From: the human T2T-CHM13v2.0 reference genome, Homo sapiens | Assembly: GCF_009914755.1 (NCBI RefSeq) | Contig: NC_060936.1 | DNA: 64,000 nucleotides | Strand: one strand, 5' to 3' | Shown: one piece after another, positions 44,462-64,000 of the stretch | How positions within the stretch are numbered: position 1 is the stretch's first letter | Layout: every line of letters begins with the position of its first letter | Position numbers and translations under genes: made by a program | Notes under the pieces: model-generated | What the model was told of the DNA's origin: nothing | The model's database searches: none | The model's input: only the letters and a program-made list of their open reading frames with translations

Positions 44462-45922
44462 TAATGCCAGCACCATATTGTCTTTATTATTGTAGCTTTG
44501 TAGAAAGTTTTGAAATTAAGAAGTGTGAGTCCTTCAACTTTGTTCTTCTTTTTCAAGTTTGTTTTGGCTATTATGGGTCCCTACATTTCCATATGAATTT
44601 TAGGATCTACTTGTCAGTTTCTGCAAAGAAGCAAACTGGAATTTTGTTCAGGAGTGTGTTAAACCTACAGATTTGGGAACTATTGCCATTTTAACAGTAT
44701 TAAATCTTCTGACTCATGAACACAGATGTCTTTCCATTTGCTTAGGAAAGACAGGCTGGAGTGCAGTGGTGCAATCACAGCTCACTGCAGCCTCTACCTC
44801 TCAGGCTCAAGCAGTCCAACCTCTTTAACCACCCCACCTCAACCACTCTTGTAGCTGTGACTACAGGCCTGCACCACCTCACCTGGCTAACTTTTGTATT
44901 TTTTGCAGAGATAGGGGTTCACCATGGTGCCCAGGCTGGTCTCGAACTCCTGGACTCAGGCAGTCTGCCCACCTCGACCTCCCAAAGTGCTGGGATTACA
45001 GGTGTGAGCCATCATGCTTGGTTCTTCTTTAATTCTTTGTAGTTTTCAGAGTATAAGTTTTGTATTTCTTTTATTAAATTTACAATGCTCTTTGTTAAAT
45101 TTATTTCAAAATATTTAATTTTTTATCCTGTTGTAAATGGATTTTCTTAATTTATTTTGGTTCATTACTGCTACTGTATAGAAATGCAGTTGATTTTTAT
45201 ATATTGATCTTGTATCTTCCAACCTTGCTGCACTTGTTTATTAGTTACAGTGGGTTTTTAGTGGATTCCTTAGGATTTTCTATATAAGTGATCATATCAT
45301 CTGCAAATAGAGATGCTTTTAGTGCTTCCTTTTTCATCTGTAGGCCTTTAATTTCATTTTCTTGCTAATTGCCCTGGTTAGAGCCCCTAGTATATTGTTG
45401 AATAGAAGTGGCAAGAGTGAATATCCTTGTCTTGTTCATCATATTAGGGAGAAAGCATTAAATCTGCCACCATTAACTGTGTTTGCTGTGGATCTTTCTT
45501 TTAAGTCCTTTATTGAGATGAAGAAATTCTCTTTTGTTCCTAGGTTGTTGTGTATGAAGGGACATTGAATTTCGTCAAATCCTTTCTCTATGTATTGAGA
45601 TCATTGTGTAGTTTTGTCCTTTATTGATGCAGTGTGGTAATTTTTGGATGTTAAATCAATCTTGTGTCCCTGGAGTAAATCTCACTTGGTCATAGTATAC
45701 AATCCTTTGTATGTGCTGCTGGATTTGGCTTGCTGGTTTTTTGTTGGGGACTTTTGCATCTAAATTCATGAAAGATATTGGTCTGTAGTTTCTTTTTCTT
45801 GTGATGCCTTTGTTTGGTTTTGGTATCAGAGTAATAGTGACCACATAGAATGAGTTGTGAAGTGTCCCCTTGTCTTCTATTTTGGAAGAGTTTGTGAAGA
45901 ATTGGTATTAACTCTTCTTTAA

Positions 45923-46308
<386 letters not shown>

Positions 46309-47171
46309 TAGGTGTATTTAGCTTTTCTATTTCTTCTTGCGTCAGTTTTGACAGTTTTTCTCTAGAAATTTGCTCATTTAATCTATGTTTTTTAATTTTC
46401 TGACATACAGTTGATCATAGTATTCCTTTATGGTTTTTTAAATTTCTGTAAGGCTGGTAGTAAAGCCTCTGTTTCATTCCTGATTTTAGTAATTTGAGTC
46501 TCTTTTTTTCTTGGTTTAGCTAAAAGTTTATGAATTTTAATCTTTTTAAAGGACCAACTTTTGGTTTCATTGGTTTTCTTTACTGTCTTCCTATTCTCTA
46601 TTTCATTAATTTTAACTCTTGTCCTATTACTTTTAGGAGGGCCTCTTAAGGAGGGGTCGTATGCTGACTTAAATTGAGGGTTGGTCAAAGTTCAAAAGCC
46701 TGGGGGAAGGAAGCTTAATATTTTCTCTAGATCAGTAAGTACAAGCAATTCAGCTAAGAATTTGCTTCATTTATGAAGCAAAGAATGGTAATTTTCAGGA
46801 CAGTCTGTGTCTGATTTTGTTATAAGTAAATGGGGGAAGGGAGATAAACATCTGTGAGTCTTATCTAAGTCACCCGGGGAAGGATGGTTCTTTATAATAA
46901 GCCATTTCCTGGAACACGCAGGCGATGGGCAGGGGGGTTACTACAACCTTATAGAAATAAAATTTCTTTAACTCTGCCTATATTTCAGGGTATAGTCCTC
47001 AGGTAAAGCTTCACATTGTCAAGAAGAACTTGAAAATACCTTTTTTCCATAAAAACACAATGAAACTAATACTATGTAACGGAATATTCCAAAGCACTAG
47101 TTCTTATAAATAACTATTGGCCAAAATACAAATAACTGACCCAATTCAAAATTCTCTAAGATTTCATTAAG

Positions 47172-47287
47172 ATCCTTTTGTAGTTCATAAGCCTGATGCA
47201 TGGGTGTTCACGCGCATGTGTGAGATGTGCCTCCCTCAAACCTTGTTATGGCGCCAGCCCATTACCGGTCTGTCATGAAAAAAAAAA
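47172..47287 (+). pseudogene. U13 (SNORD13) snoRNA retropseudogene with A-tail
   Basis: ATCCTTTTGTAGTTCATAAGCCTGATGCATGGGTGTTCACGCGCATGTGTGAGATGTGCC...CATTACCGGTCTGTC resembles U13 over its full length. A10 tail. Degenerate TSD AAGATTTCATTAA / AATATTTCAGTAA. Boxes C and D are mutated. Confidence 0.88.
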
Positions 47288-48443
47288 TATTTCAGTAAAA
47301 GAGGATACTTCTAGTATCCTTTTTAAAATTTGAATTGGAAGCAAATAGTATTTCATCCCAGCATGTTAAAATTGCAAGGGTCACCTACCCCAGCTTACCA
47401 TTTGCTAAACACGCATCAGTCACCAGTGGAACACACATTTCCAATGCTAAAGGTCTTGACTGCTTGGTGAAAACCACTTTGCAACACTGGTGTTGGAAAT
47501 TACTTTCTTATATTAAGCTGAAATCTACCTCATTGGAACCTCTGCTCATAAGTCCTGAGTCTCATGTAGTTCAGACCTTGTCTCTTCTGCCCCATCTGGC
47601 TACTTATCTCCAGTTTCTCCTGCCAGTCTTCCGGTGGCATAGCCCCAAACCCTTTCATTTCATAGTTTGTCACTGCCCTTTTTAAGAGGACTGGGGTGCT
47701 CAGAACTTATTGGCTGACCCTAGCTCTTCCTTTGGCCTGGTCACTATATTTGAAAAGTGCTACCTGAAATCATAAGAGCTTTTTTGTTTTGTTTTTAACA
47801 GCCATTTTCTATTGTTGATTCATTTTAGTTTTGGTTACAACTGAAATATCTGTCTTTCACATGAAATATAGCTTCTCATTTGCCTTTCTTCACAAAGTCT
47901 GTTCTAACTACACATTTCCTTGGCTTCAGCCTCATGCTTGATGCAGAAGTGAGGAGAGTGCAATAAAAATTTGAACAGTTGCTTGGATTTTTGCAATAAT
48001 AGATTGTCAGTTGGGGTCATATGACTCTCAGGTGCTAGAAAATACTCTGCCTTTCAGAACGTAACCGTGGGCACACTGAATGCAACTGTATAAAAATGAA
48101 TGTGAATTTTTAAAGGCAGCATAATTAAAGTTTGTACATTTTAACAGTTTATGTAAATCTGTCTCATAGAATACATGTAATTTTCTCTGAGGTGGATGTT
48201 GTGATACTTGATCAATATTTGTCACCTACAGTAAATGTACCATTGGTCTTGGAGGTATTTCTGTGTGTGTTTTTAGCCCATTCTCATATATTTCACTCCT
48301 CATCTTCCGAATGATCCTGTGGTACAGACATGACCTTCAGTTTCAGGTAGAGAAGCTGACTCGTGGTGACTAAATGTCATACTACCAATAAGTACTGGAG
48401 CCTGAAATCAAACCTGGACTCAATTTCAATACACAGGTTCCTA

Positions 48444-48832
<389 letters not shown>

Positions 48833-48879
48833 TTGTGTAGGACTCAGGCTAGAACATTGAAATATATTCAAAACAACAC

Positions 48880-50469
48880 CAATAATGCATATCCTCTTTA
48901 TTTGGCTTTTTAAAATCACTGTTTATTCCATTTGGTAGAGGGTTTTATTTTTTTCCATACAAATATTTGAACAATTTTGAATTCCCCAAAACCATACATA
49001 GACGATAAATACCATGCTATTAAAGTATTAAATTTGTACAAAAATACTTTACAGTTTAATACTTGTTTGTTACAAATAAAAATACATATTTAAGTGACTC
49101 ATGATCTTTTTTTCTTTTTTCTTAACATGATCCTGCTTTATACTTTCTTGCCCTGGCGGTTCTGAAATGTGATTGAAATAATATTTTTTTTGCACAAAAA
49201 GAAAGGTGATTTTTTTTTATATTTCCTTAAACAAAGGACACAGTGTTCGAATACTTTGCCTAAGTGGTAGTTTGAATTATTGACCAAAATGAAAATGTTT
49301 GGAAAATAATCATTTCAATATGGAGAGTCTACCATCAATATACAGATCTATTTATTTTTTTATGTTCACCAAATAATAACAGTTATTAGTGTAGCTATTC
49401 AAAATATCTGAACAAATGAAAACAGTTGCTGACAAACATTTAAAGCAACTGTCACAATTTATTGCTTTGAGGGATGGTAATAATTGGCAATGCATTTGTG
49501 AAAAATGTATTTACAATTTCGGTAAGTGGCATGGCTCAGAGCAAAAGATAGTCCAGTGTCATTTTTAAGTACATGTGCTGTACACCCTCAATATTACCAG
49601 TTTTCAAAACATGTCAAGCAGTATGAGTTTGGTTTGCCTATCATTAAGATGAACCTCATTTTAATAGACTCTTCATTCTCTGAAGTTCTTAGTCTTGAAT
49701 TTTAAAAATAAGATAATATAACTAATTCTCATGTTTACTACACACTCTAATTCATTATCAGAGATTTTCAGCTATTAAAAATGTGTCCTTAAAAAAAAAA
49801 CAGGTCACAAGACATATCCTGTTTGATAATTTGTTGCATAGGGAATAGCATACGTCTTAGTTAAAATCATTCCTATACGTGGGCAAAACATTTACCACCA
49901 CCTATTATGGTCTCCTACGTGCATCATTGCTGAAACATTTTAAGATAACTTAATTTTATACCTGTACCCCTCCCATTGTGGTAGTCCCAGCAGTTTACCA
50001 AACACTAGTTCCCCTAGTAGAGCCAGCCTATGAGAAGAAAAGCTTTGTTGGCCAAGTTCTTACATTAATGACTTCATAGTAAGAAACTGATTTCAAAGTG
50101 AATTAAGGAAATCATCACAGAGAATATTTTCAAACAGATGTTTCTCTTTTTAAAAAGTGATAGTAAGATGAACTTGTAAAAAATTTCCTCTGATGTTAAT
50201 TGTAGAGTTGTGGGGGACGGCCTATTTTTCTCTACCGTTGGGACTGGCAGGGCATTGCCCACCATATACCATAGTGGTCACCAAAAAAGAAACCTCTTCA
50301 ACTTGAAAAGGGAAGTGAACATGAGCCATGAGAGAGATTTAAAAGACCCCTGTGCTTGCAGTTAATGCCACGTTGATTGATTATCTGTGCTTCAAAGGTC
50401 ACAGAAATCTTAAAGGATTTTTAGCACCATGTAGATATTGTCTTTTGTCCTGCTTTATAAAAAGCGTTG
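48880..50469 (-). other. GRIP1: GRIP1 3' UTR (~1.6 kb, AU-rich, no recognisable repeats); lower bound approximate
   Basis: Lies between the stop codon and three clustered minus-strand AATAAA hexamers. Confidence 0.8.
48897..48949 (-). terminator. GRIP1: GRIP1 poly(A) signal cluster
   Basis: TTTATT on + at 48897-48902, 48922-48927 and 48944-48949, followed on the - strand by GU-rich TTGGTGTTGTTTTG. Confidence 0.75.
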
Positions 50470-50766
<297 letters not shown>

Positions 50767-51151
50767 TCAGGTGCAACAAGTTGTTTGAAGTCATGAAGGT
50801 GCTAAAATGAGCGCCATGAGGTCTATCCTTGTGACTATGCTGTGACATGGCTACTGGCTCAATTGCCATTGTCTGCTAGTAAATTGTAAGACTCTCGAGG
50901 GCAAGGAAGACATACACATCCTACCTATCCTCATGCCAAGGAGGTGGCTCCACCCACAGTGGGGGTGCTGCAAGTGCTGAATATTATCCCTAATTTACAG
51001 ATGAGAAAAGCAAGCCACAAAGAGGTTAAGAGCTTTGCCTTAGATCAGTAGTTGGTAAGGGTCATAGGATGTAATCCCAGGCCAACTGGCTGATCTCAAA
51101 GCCTGTGCTCTGAATCACGATGCTGAACTACCTCTCCCACAAGCGAGCTCC

Positions 51152-54532
<3,381 letters not shown>

Positions 54533-54879
54533 CTAGACTGGTGGTGCCTGGAGTCGGATAACTACGTCATATTTATGGGACTACTGTGCGATGGTGGGAG
54601 ATGACCGTGGTTGGGTGAAGTCTGTGAGATTGGGAAAGATGGCTCTGAGCTCAGTGCCGAAAAAAACTGGTAAGAAACCACAGAACTTTGGGGTCTGGGT
54701 TAGAATTTACTAGAGCTGAAAATTCTTTATTCAGCTGTTTGCTTCTACTGATTCCATAATCTTGATGACAAAGGCTGAAAGGGAAAAGAGCAAAGGGCCC
54801 CAAATATGCAGGAGGATGTGGAGGAAGCTCCCAGTGAGAAATTACTTGCAAGGAATTAAAATTCCACCTGAGGTCTTAC

Positions 54880-55026
54880 CTGTAAGAGCCTGTCATAGGG
54901 CTTTAAGCCACCAAGATCTCCTGGCCCAGCTGGGCGAATATTTTTGACATACACTCCTTTCTCCAGTAAGCCATCTGCTACACTGAACCCAAAGTCCTCC
55001 ATGTCAGAGTCCTTGTACAAGGTCAC
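54880..55026 (-). CDS. GRIP1: GRIP1 penultimate coding exon (PDZ7: [49 protein letters not shown])
   Basis: Minus-strand acceptor tcttcag|GTG and donor CAG|GTAAGA. 147 nt, phase 0. PDZ carboxylate-loop DFGF. Not in the ORF track. Confidence 0.95.
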
Positions 55027-58000
55027 CTGAAGAGAGAAAATGGGATGTGAATATTTAGCTGGGGTGGAGACTTTTCCTTCTGCAACTTCTTGATGAACAA
55101 TCTTTTCACACGAATTTAGTCACATCATGATTTGTAATATCAGCATCAGTCAGCTCCCTGCACCAATCCTGCAGCCTTTTTTTCCCACTCCAAGAATATC
55201 TTTGGACTTTATGAATTCCCAACCAAAGCTGAAAAAGGAGGAGAACTGGAACGTCTGGGTCCTCCCTCCCTCCTTTTCAGTCGTCATCAGGGGGATATAG
55301 GAGAGAACTTCCTCAAGGCAAGTTGACTTCTACTATTTTCCTGGGGCAACCTCTGGTCAGAGGAGCTGCCCGCAGCAGCCCTTTACAACTGCTGAGATGT
55401 TGGGGAATAAGCCAAAGGCCTTTCCTTCCTCCCCACTCCTGCCTGGTGCTCTGCTAAGCACAGTGCTCGGCGTATCCTCTCTTTGGGCAAGTACCATGAA
55501 GTTCATCCTTTTATTTGCTCTGGAACCCCCAATGAGCACCATCACGGAACACTATGTAAAAGACCTGAATGTGTCTCTATGACAACACCTTGCTCTGCAC
55601 CTCGGCTTAACTCGCTCCCTCAGCATTTGTCTAGGGTTTGATTTGGTAACTGAAGGCATCTACCCTGAGTGCTGCGGCCTGCCCCCCACCCCGGGTCTCT
55701 CTGCATCTAAGGCCAACCACAGCTGGCTAAAGCCTCACTCCTCCACCAGCCCTCACTCCTTCACCTGACCACCTGCGAGTGTTCATCTGAGGCTAAAATA
55801 ATCATTTGTATATTCATCAAATATTTATTGAGTTCCTACCATATTGTAAGCACAGCATGGGGTGCTAGAAACAGCAGTGAACAAGAGGAAGAAAAGCCTG
55901 CCTTCCAGAGGCACACACATGAATATGTAGCAGTCCCCAAGCTCTCACCGCACTGGGCACTGCGCCCAGCAGCACACTCAGCGCTTGATGCTCAGTTAAC
56001 GTTTGAGGGGGCCACGGGTTTTACCAAGTTGTGCCAGATGCCCTCCACAAAGACTTCAAGCAATGGTCAGGCTTAATTTTCTACTGTAATTATATATATA
56101 TATTTGTTTTTACACAACTAATGCATGAATACATTCTTGTAAAATAGTCAAAACAAAAACAAAAACAAAATCAGAGCTATGCAGGGCAAAATGTGAAGGT
56201 TAAAACTCTTATAGCAAGTATCTTTGTTTATATCCAGTGATTTTACTTCAGAGGGCTATGGCATTCTGAAGGCAATATGAAAGTGGTCAGTGTGTGGGTT
56301 TTTATTTTACTGGACAGACAGCTAAAATATCAAGCTGACTGGGTCAGCACTATTCACCAACCAGTCCCAGTGGTTATTGCCATATTAGAGGTGAGGAAAT
56401 TCAATTTCACTGGGGTTATGTACCCGCTCAAGGCCACAAAGGTAAGAATGGTGGGGACGTGTCTGTGAGACTCCAGACACCAAGTGCCTAATGGTTCTAT
56501 TCTCCTGCCACTAAACATGCACCTCTCGGCCTCACCACTTTCAGTGTCCTCCTGGACAGGAGCCACCCTCAGGAGCCGGTGAAAATGCAGTCTCAGACCC
56601 ACCCCAGACCGACTGAGAATCTGCAGAACTAATGTTCCCTGAGACGACCCTCTTCACACGCTCATTCCATCATTGTGTGTGCATGTGTGTGTGTGTGTGC
56701 ACACACACTGGACACTACTATGCGTCAGGGACTGTTTTAGGGACTGAGGATATTTTTCACAGGATAGAGTGATAAAAAAAGTAGAGCAGTGAGCAAAACA
56801 CAACCTTTATGAGGACAGCCCAGTGAAGAAATCTGATTTAATCCTTATAACGATTCCGTAAGATGGGTAAGAGTCTTCATTTTAAGAGGTGACAGATATA
56901 AAGTTTTCTCAGTCTGCCCTCACTTATACAGGGATAGAGTAGTAAGCCCCACTTTACTACATAAAGGGTGTGTGGGGTTATGTGTGTGTGTAGCCTAGTG
57001 ACACCAGCACCCCCACACCGGCCCCACCACCCACCGCCCATCTAACATGCTCACTGGTGATGCTTAGGGAGAAGTGGTTAGGTTCACACTGTGTGGTTGA
57101 GAGCACCCCTACCTTCCAAAGCAATACTCACCAGGGGGAGAGGGGAAGACTTTGCTGGTGGCCTGGGCTTAGGTTTGTGGCAGATCCCCACTCCCCAGCT
57201 CCTTGAGGGGAGTAGGGGTCCTTTTTGCTCATGGATATATCTCAAGCCCCTAAGGCAGCACCTGTCACATAGTGGGGTTAGTATTTTGACGGACAGAAAG
57301 GGCTTGTCCTGCACCTTATGAGGCTGAGGATCAACCATGATGTCCTGTGCCTTTATGAATCATTGCAGAGAAAGAGAGTGTGAACTAAGAGAGATTTAAT
57401 TCTGGAGTTCCAGCCATCCCCCTCACCCCTCACCCAAGGCCATGCTGGGAATCAGGAAGGCTGTCCCATGACAAAGTGGCCAGGCAAGACAAAGCTCCAA
57501 GGTCGACACTGTGTGGACACGAGAGGGAGGGCACTTCTGGTACCAGGGCCAGGCCGGCCTACCTGTGGGCTGAGGAGACCCAGATTCCCGGACAGTGAGG
57601 AAGGTAGGGGGAGGGTCCTCCAATGGGGGATGCTAGACTTCTTGCTAGTAAGGCCTGTGGATGTTGAGTGAGCAGTTTAGAAAGCAAAGAGATATTACTG
57701 TCTCTACCAGCTTGTGGAGCAGATCATATACAGACAGGGAAATGAAAGCTCAAAGAGAAATAGCAACTTGCCCAGGATCAAACTGATGGCAACAGAGAAT
57801 CGGCTCAAATCAAGGCTTCTGACTGCAAAGCTTAGATCTTGCCATAGCACACTCTCTCCTTGCCTAGCACACAGTTGTTTAATAAATACTCATTGCAGAG
57901 AGGAATATTTAGGCTGTTCCACAATTATGTTTTTGCCTTAGGCCAGATAGGAGATTTCTGCTCCTCTTTCCTAAGGAAAGGAAGAGTAAGTCACTGGAAG

Positions 58001-58029
58001 AAAATATTCTTGGTGAAAATTTCATACAT

Positions 58030-60218
<2,189 letters not shown>

Positions 60219-63200
60219 TATTCTAGTCCTTTTCCTTCTATCTCCATGCTGCTTTCTCAAAGGGATGAAGAGGAGAAATAGTGAGAGAAGGGAAAAAATG
60301 AGAAGGAGGCTAGTAGTTATTAGAATTGGTAATAGATTGACATTCTTCAGACCCTGTTTACTAGTGGGTGAAATCTCTCTGCCCGAGGTTCCTGCTTATG
60401 TCCCACTCTGGCTTTATCTGTGGGATCTCTTGCCTTTTTGCCCCTTTTCTGTCTTTGTTCTTAGCCACGTTTTCTCCACATGGCAAGCAACACACCTGGG
60501 GCAGGGACCGTCGCCACCATTCCTAGAGGGTGGGGCATCCTCCTTGCTATCTCCATTCCACTTGCAACTAGGTACAGAGGTGCAGTCCTGCAGACTCTGT
60601 GCCTACGGCTAGTTGGGAAAGTGCATCAGCTTCTGCTCTGCAGGCCTAGCCATATCCTTGAGGTGCACCCACATGTGAGGGTGCTAAATCTTAAGCTTTC
60701 AATGGGAGCTAGGAAACTCACTTTGGTCTTAGATCTGAGGCATGTTTTCCAACATAGTAAACCAGAATCCTTGCATTTGAGGAAACATTTGGTGTGGGCC
60801 TGGAATAATAGTGAAGTTCTTCATGACTCTATTGGCCTGTGATTCTTGGGTGTCTGCACCACAGGCCAGAACCCAGGAGGGGCACAAGGAAGAGTGGCAC
60901 CTAAAACTAACAACACCACCCAATGGTAGTACACCAACCAAAGCATTAGAGATGAGTGCCAACCACAGTGGGTTAGCAGAGTAGCTCATTAACTTCAAGG
61001 TCACAGTTATTGGCAAAGAGCCTTGGTTTTTCTGAGCCTCAGAGTTGAAGAGTTGATGGAAAACTCTTCAGGATGAGAGGCTAATAAATAGTTTAAATCT
61101 AAAAGTAATCTATTTCTCCAGAGATATCTCCCAAGGTTAAAGGATACTGAATTTCAATAGCCAGCTATATGGTTCTCCTGGAAGTAGCCTAGTAATGGCA
61201 AATTAACAAAAATAAAATTATTTTAAAACTACATAAAAGATAAGAGTCTAGAAATCAATAATTAACAAAAATGGGGAGCACAGGGGGCTGTTCTCAAACC
61301 AGTAGCAATGAATTGTGCCATATACCCCTGTTTACCTGGATATTGGTAGTGGTTACCTTGGATTTACTTCCTGTGCAAAAATAATTCTAAGGATTCTGAG
61401 GTTTAAGTTCATACTTCCCCCTACCCCTGGAAATGAATCTTTTATCCAGTTACTTTCTTACATATGATTGCTTTTGATCTTACAACACCTCTGGGCAGCA
61501 AAATCATTGCCTTTCCAAGAATGAGGATACTGAACCTTGAAAAAGTTGATGGACTGACTTGTCCAGTTAGAATGCAGAAGCACCAGGATTCAAGACTAGA
61601 ATATCTGACCTCGTTTGCTGTGTTCTTTCCACCAAATCATGATTTTTTTTTTTTTGACATGTAATCTCCTAGCTGGTCAGGCAGCCTTTATTCATTTCCA
61701 ACTGCCCAACCAACTAAAGATGAATAATTAATCATGCCCACTGGGTTTCTTCTCATCAGAGCCCTTTGTGGCTTTCCAAGAACATCTGCATAAAGTCCTG
61801 CTCCATGCTCCTATGGCTCACCAACCTGTCAGTTGGCTTTGCATTCTACCCTAGCCTGTGTAAAGCAAAATTTTTCTTGTAGGGTCTGTCTTTTGTGCTG
61901 ACTAGAGGATGCCCCCGGAGAACCTGGACCATGAACACAGTTGCAAGGTTTTTCTGTTCTAAAAGAGCCAGTGAGCTTCTCGGAACATAACACTCAGGGC
62001 TAGGATACAGTTCTACAAAGCTCAGTTCAATTTTAACTATTTGTCAGCATGTGCTACAATTGCTTCTAACCCTCCTGAGAACAGAAGCTTTCACAGGAGG
62101 CAGGGTGGGTTCACCATGATTCACATTCAACCTTGTTTTATATTTCTAAGCAAGTCTACCGACATGTTTGAAGAACATCCTCAAGGCCAAGATCAGAAAC
62201 CCGATGCTTATGTTTTCAGTTTTGACACATGTGAAAGGCTTTAACTGCAGAGCCAACTCTCCCCACTTGGATTTTAAGGGCAATTGCATCTGCTGTCTTG
62301 AGCAAGTCATGGCAATTGACAGCCATCCCAGAAGCAGTCCTCAAGCTCTGACAGCTCCCTATGGCTCACTCCCTTGTCCCAATGGCCTTGAGAACCAAAC
62401 TGACACCTACTTCTCAGAAACAGTTTTCCCATAAATCACCAGGCATTTTGGTTTACTCATGACAGATACCACTGGGGTAGCCCCATTCCTTTAACTCTGA
62501 CAATTTAAGTAATGCCAGTTTTGAGGACAATCCTATACTACCTATGGTGCTGGAAGAAAACGAAATAGAATACAGTCTTCTAAACTGGAAGCCTACAGCC
62601 CAAGAAGAAGCAATCTCAGTTTATACTACTAGAAACTCAGGGGTTTTGAGAGGAATTGGGTCAGAAGGCAGCTGCTGCCTTCCTGTCTGGGGAGTCTTCT
62701 TGGCTGAGGAGAGAAAGGAAGAGCTGCTCCAAATGCCACCTCCTGCTTCATTCTGGCAACAGTGTGGCACCAAGAGCTGGAAAAAATGAGGGCTCAACAA
62801 TGAGAGAATCAGTAGCTGGGATTTTGGCTGTAAGTATAAGCAAGCCAGGGGCTACCCTGGCCCTTGGGGAGCTGAGTCCCAACCAAAAAAGTTACACAGT
62901 TTTTAAGATCTGTGGCAGACTTAGGTGCTGCCTTTCTCATTCATCCCAGAGCACCTTCACACATCTACTGGTTCACATAGTAACAAAAACGAAAGAGCTA
63001 GATCATTCTCCAAATTCTCCAAGAGATCAAACCAAGCTGCAAGCAAGCAGCTAGTCCCCTAGTTATTGCCAGCTCCATTGCTGGTCTTTTGCACTTGCCC
63101 CAGCCACCACCAAGCTGGCTGGCTGTGGCGGAGTCCCTGTTGCGGGTGTCTTTGCTCAGGCCTGCCTGCTGCCTGCTCACAGCACCCCTCCTGACTCAGC

Positions 63201-63604
63201 CTCTGCTTTCTAGCTCCCAGCTTGGCTCTGGCCTGGCCCTTCTCCAGCTTTTACCCTTTTCCCAATTCCCTCTGCAACAGATTGACCTCCGTTCCTCTCA
63301 GGACCATGTGGGCCTCCTTGACTCAGGAACATCCTGCAGCTCTGGGTGGGTGGCACACCCTCCACCCACCCTCGGGGCCTGTGGGACTGAAGGCCAGGCA
63401 CACTGTCATTCAGAAAGGATGACAAGTTGCAACTAACCAAACTCCCACTGCACTCAGGGCTAACTGTCTTGATTTTATTTCCCCACTGTAGAAATTGCCG
63501 ATGCCTGATATTACGAAGAGGCTGGGACAAGGAAAGAGCTCTCTGTACCCCATCTGAGAGAGAGGAAGAGACATGCCCTGGGCTAGAGTGTTACCAATTT
63601 AATC

Positions 63605-63919
<315 letters not shown>

Positions 63920-64000
63920 TAATCTTTACTATAGCCTTGCCTGACAAGTCATATGGCAGAACAACAGTGGAGGAGGAGGACGATAGGACTGTTCTCCAAG

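Noticed and set aside
60420-60850. Overlapping 137-aa and 120-aa ORFs
   Set aside because: No recognisable domain; one starts in an Alu and the region looks like an old ERVL-type LTR remnant, though the family could not be assigned.

Overview
Human (primate) genomic DNA with the complete HELB gene (DNA helicase B, RecD2-like SF1B 5'-3' helicase) on the + strand. HELB has a GC-rich promoter at ~3.7-4.3 kb and 13 coding exons (ATG 4060, TAG 39551-39553). They splice in frame through GT-AG introns to 3264 nt, or 1087 aa. Converging on the - strand is the 3' end of GRIP1: two last coding exons encoding PDZ7 and the C-terminus, plus a ~1.6 kb 3' UTR. The rest is intronic or intergenic DNA rich in Alus, L1/L2 remnants, MaLR/ERVL LTRs and DNA-transposon MITEs (MER3, MER53, Tigger, MER30, MER44, MER91, piggyBac MER85), plus a U13 snoRNA retropseudogene. 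I see no evidence for a wholly new gene system. The most unusual observations are: (1) a ~77-nt polyadenylated retrocopy of what looks like only the R region of an ERV9/LTR12 LTR in HELB intron 1; (2) a 27-bp in-frame duplication of the helicase Q-motif; (3) two uORFs before the HELB start; (4) a stop-free 903-nt exon flanked by inverted Alus; (5) Leu966/Ile980 alleles next to the CDK site Ser967; (6) a weak HELB poly(A) signal next to a splice-donor-like site. Repeat family names come from recalled consensus sequences, not from a database search.
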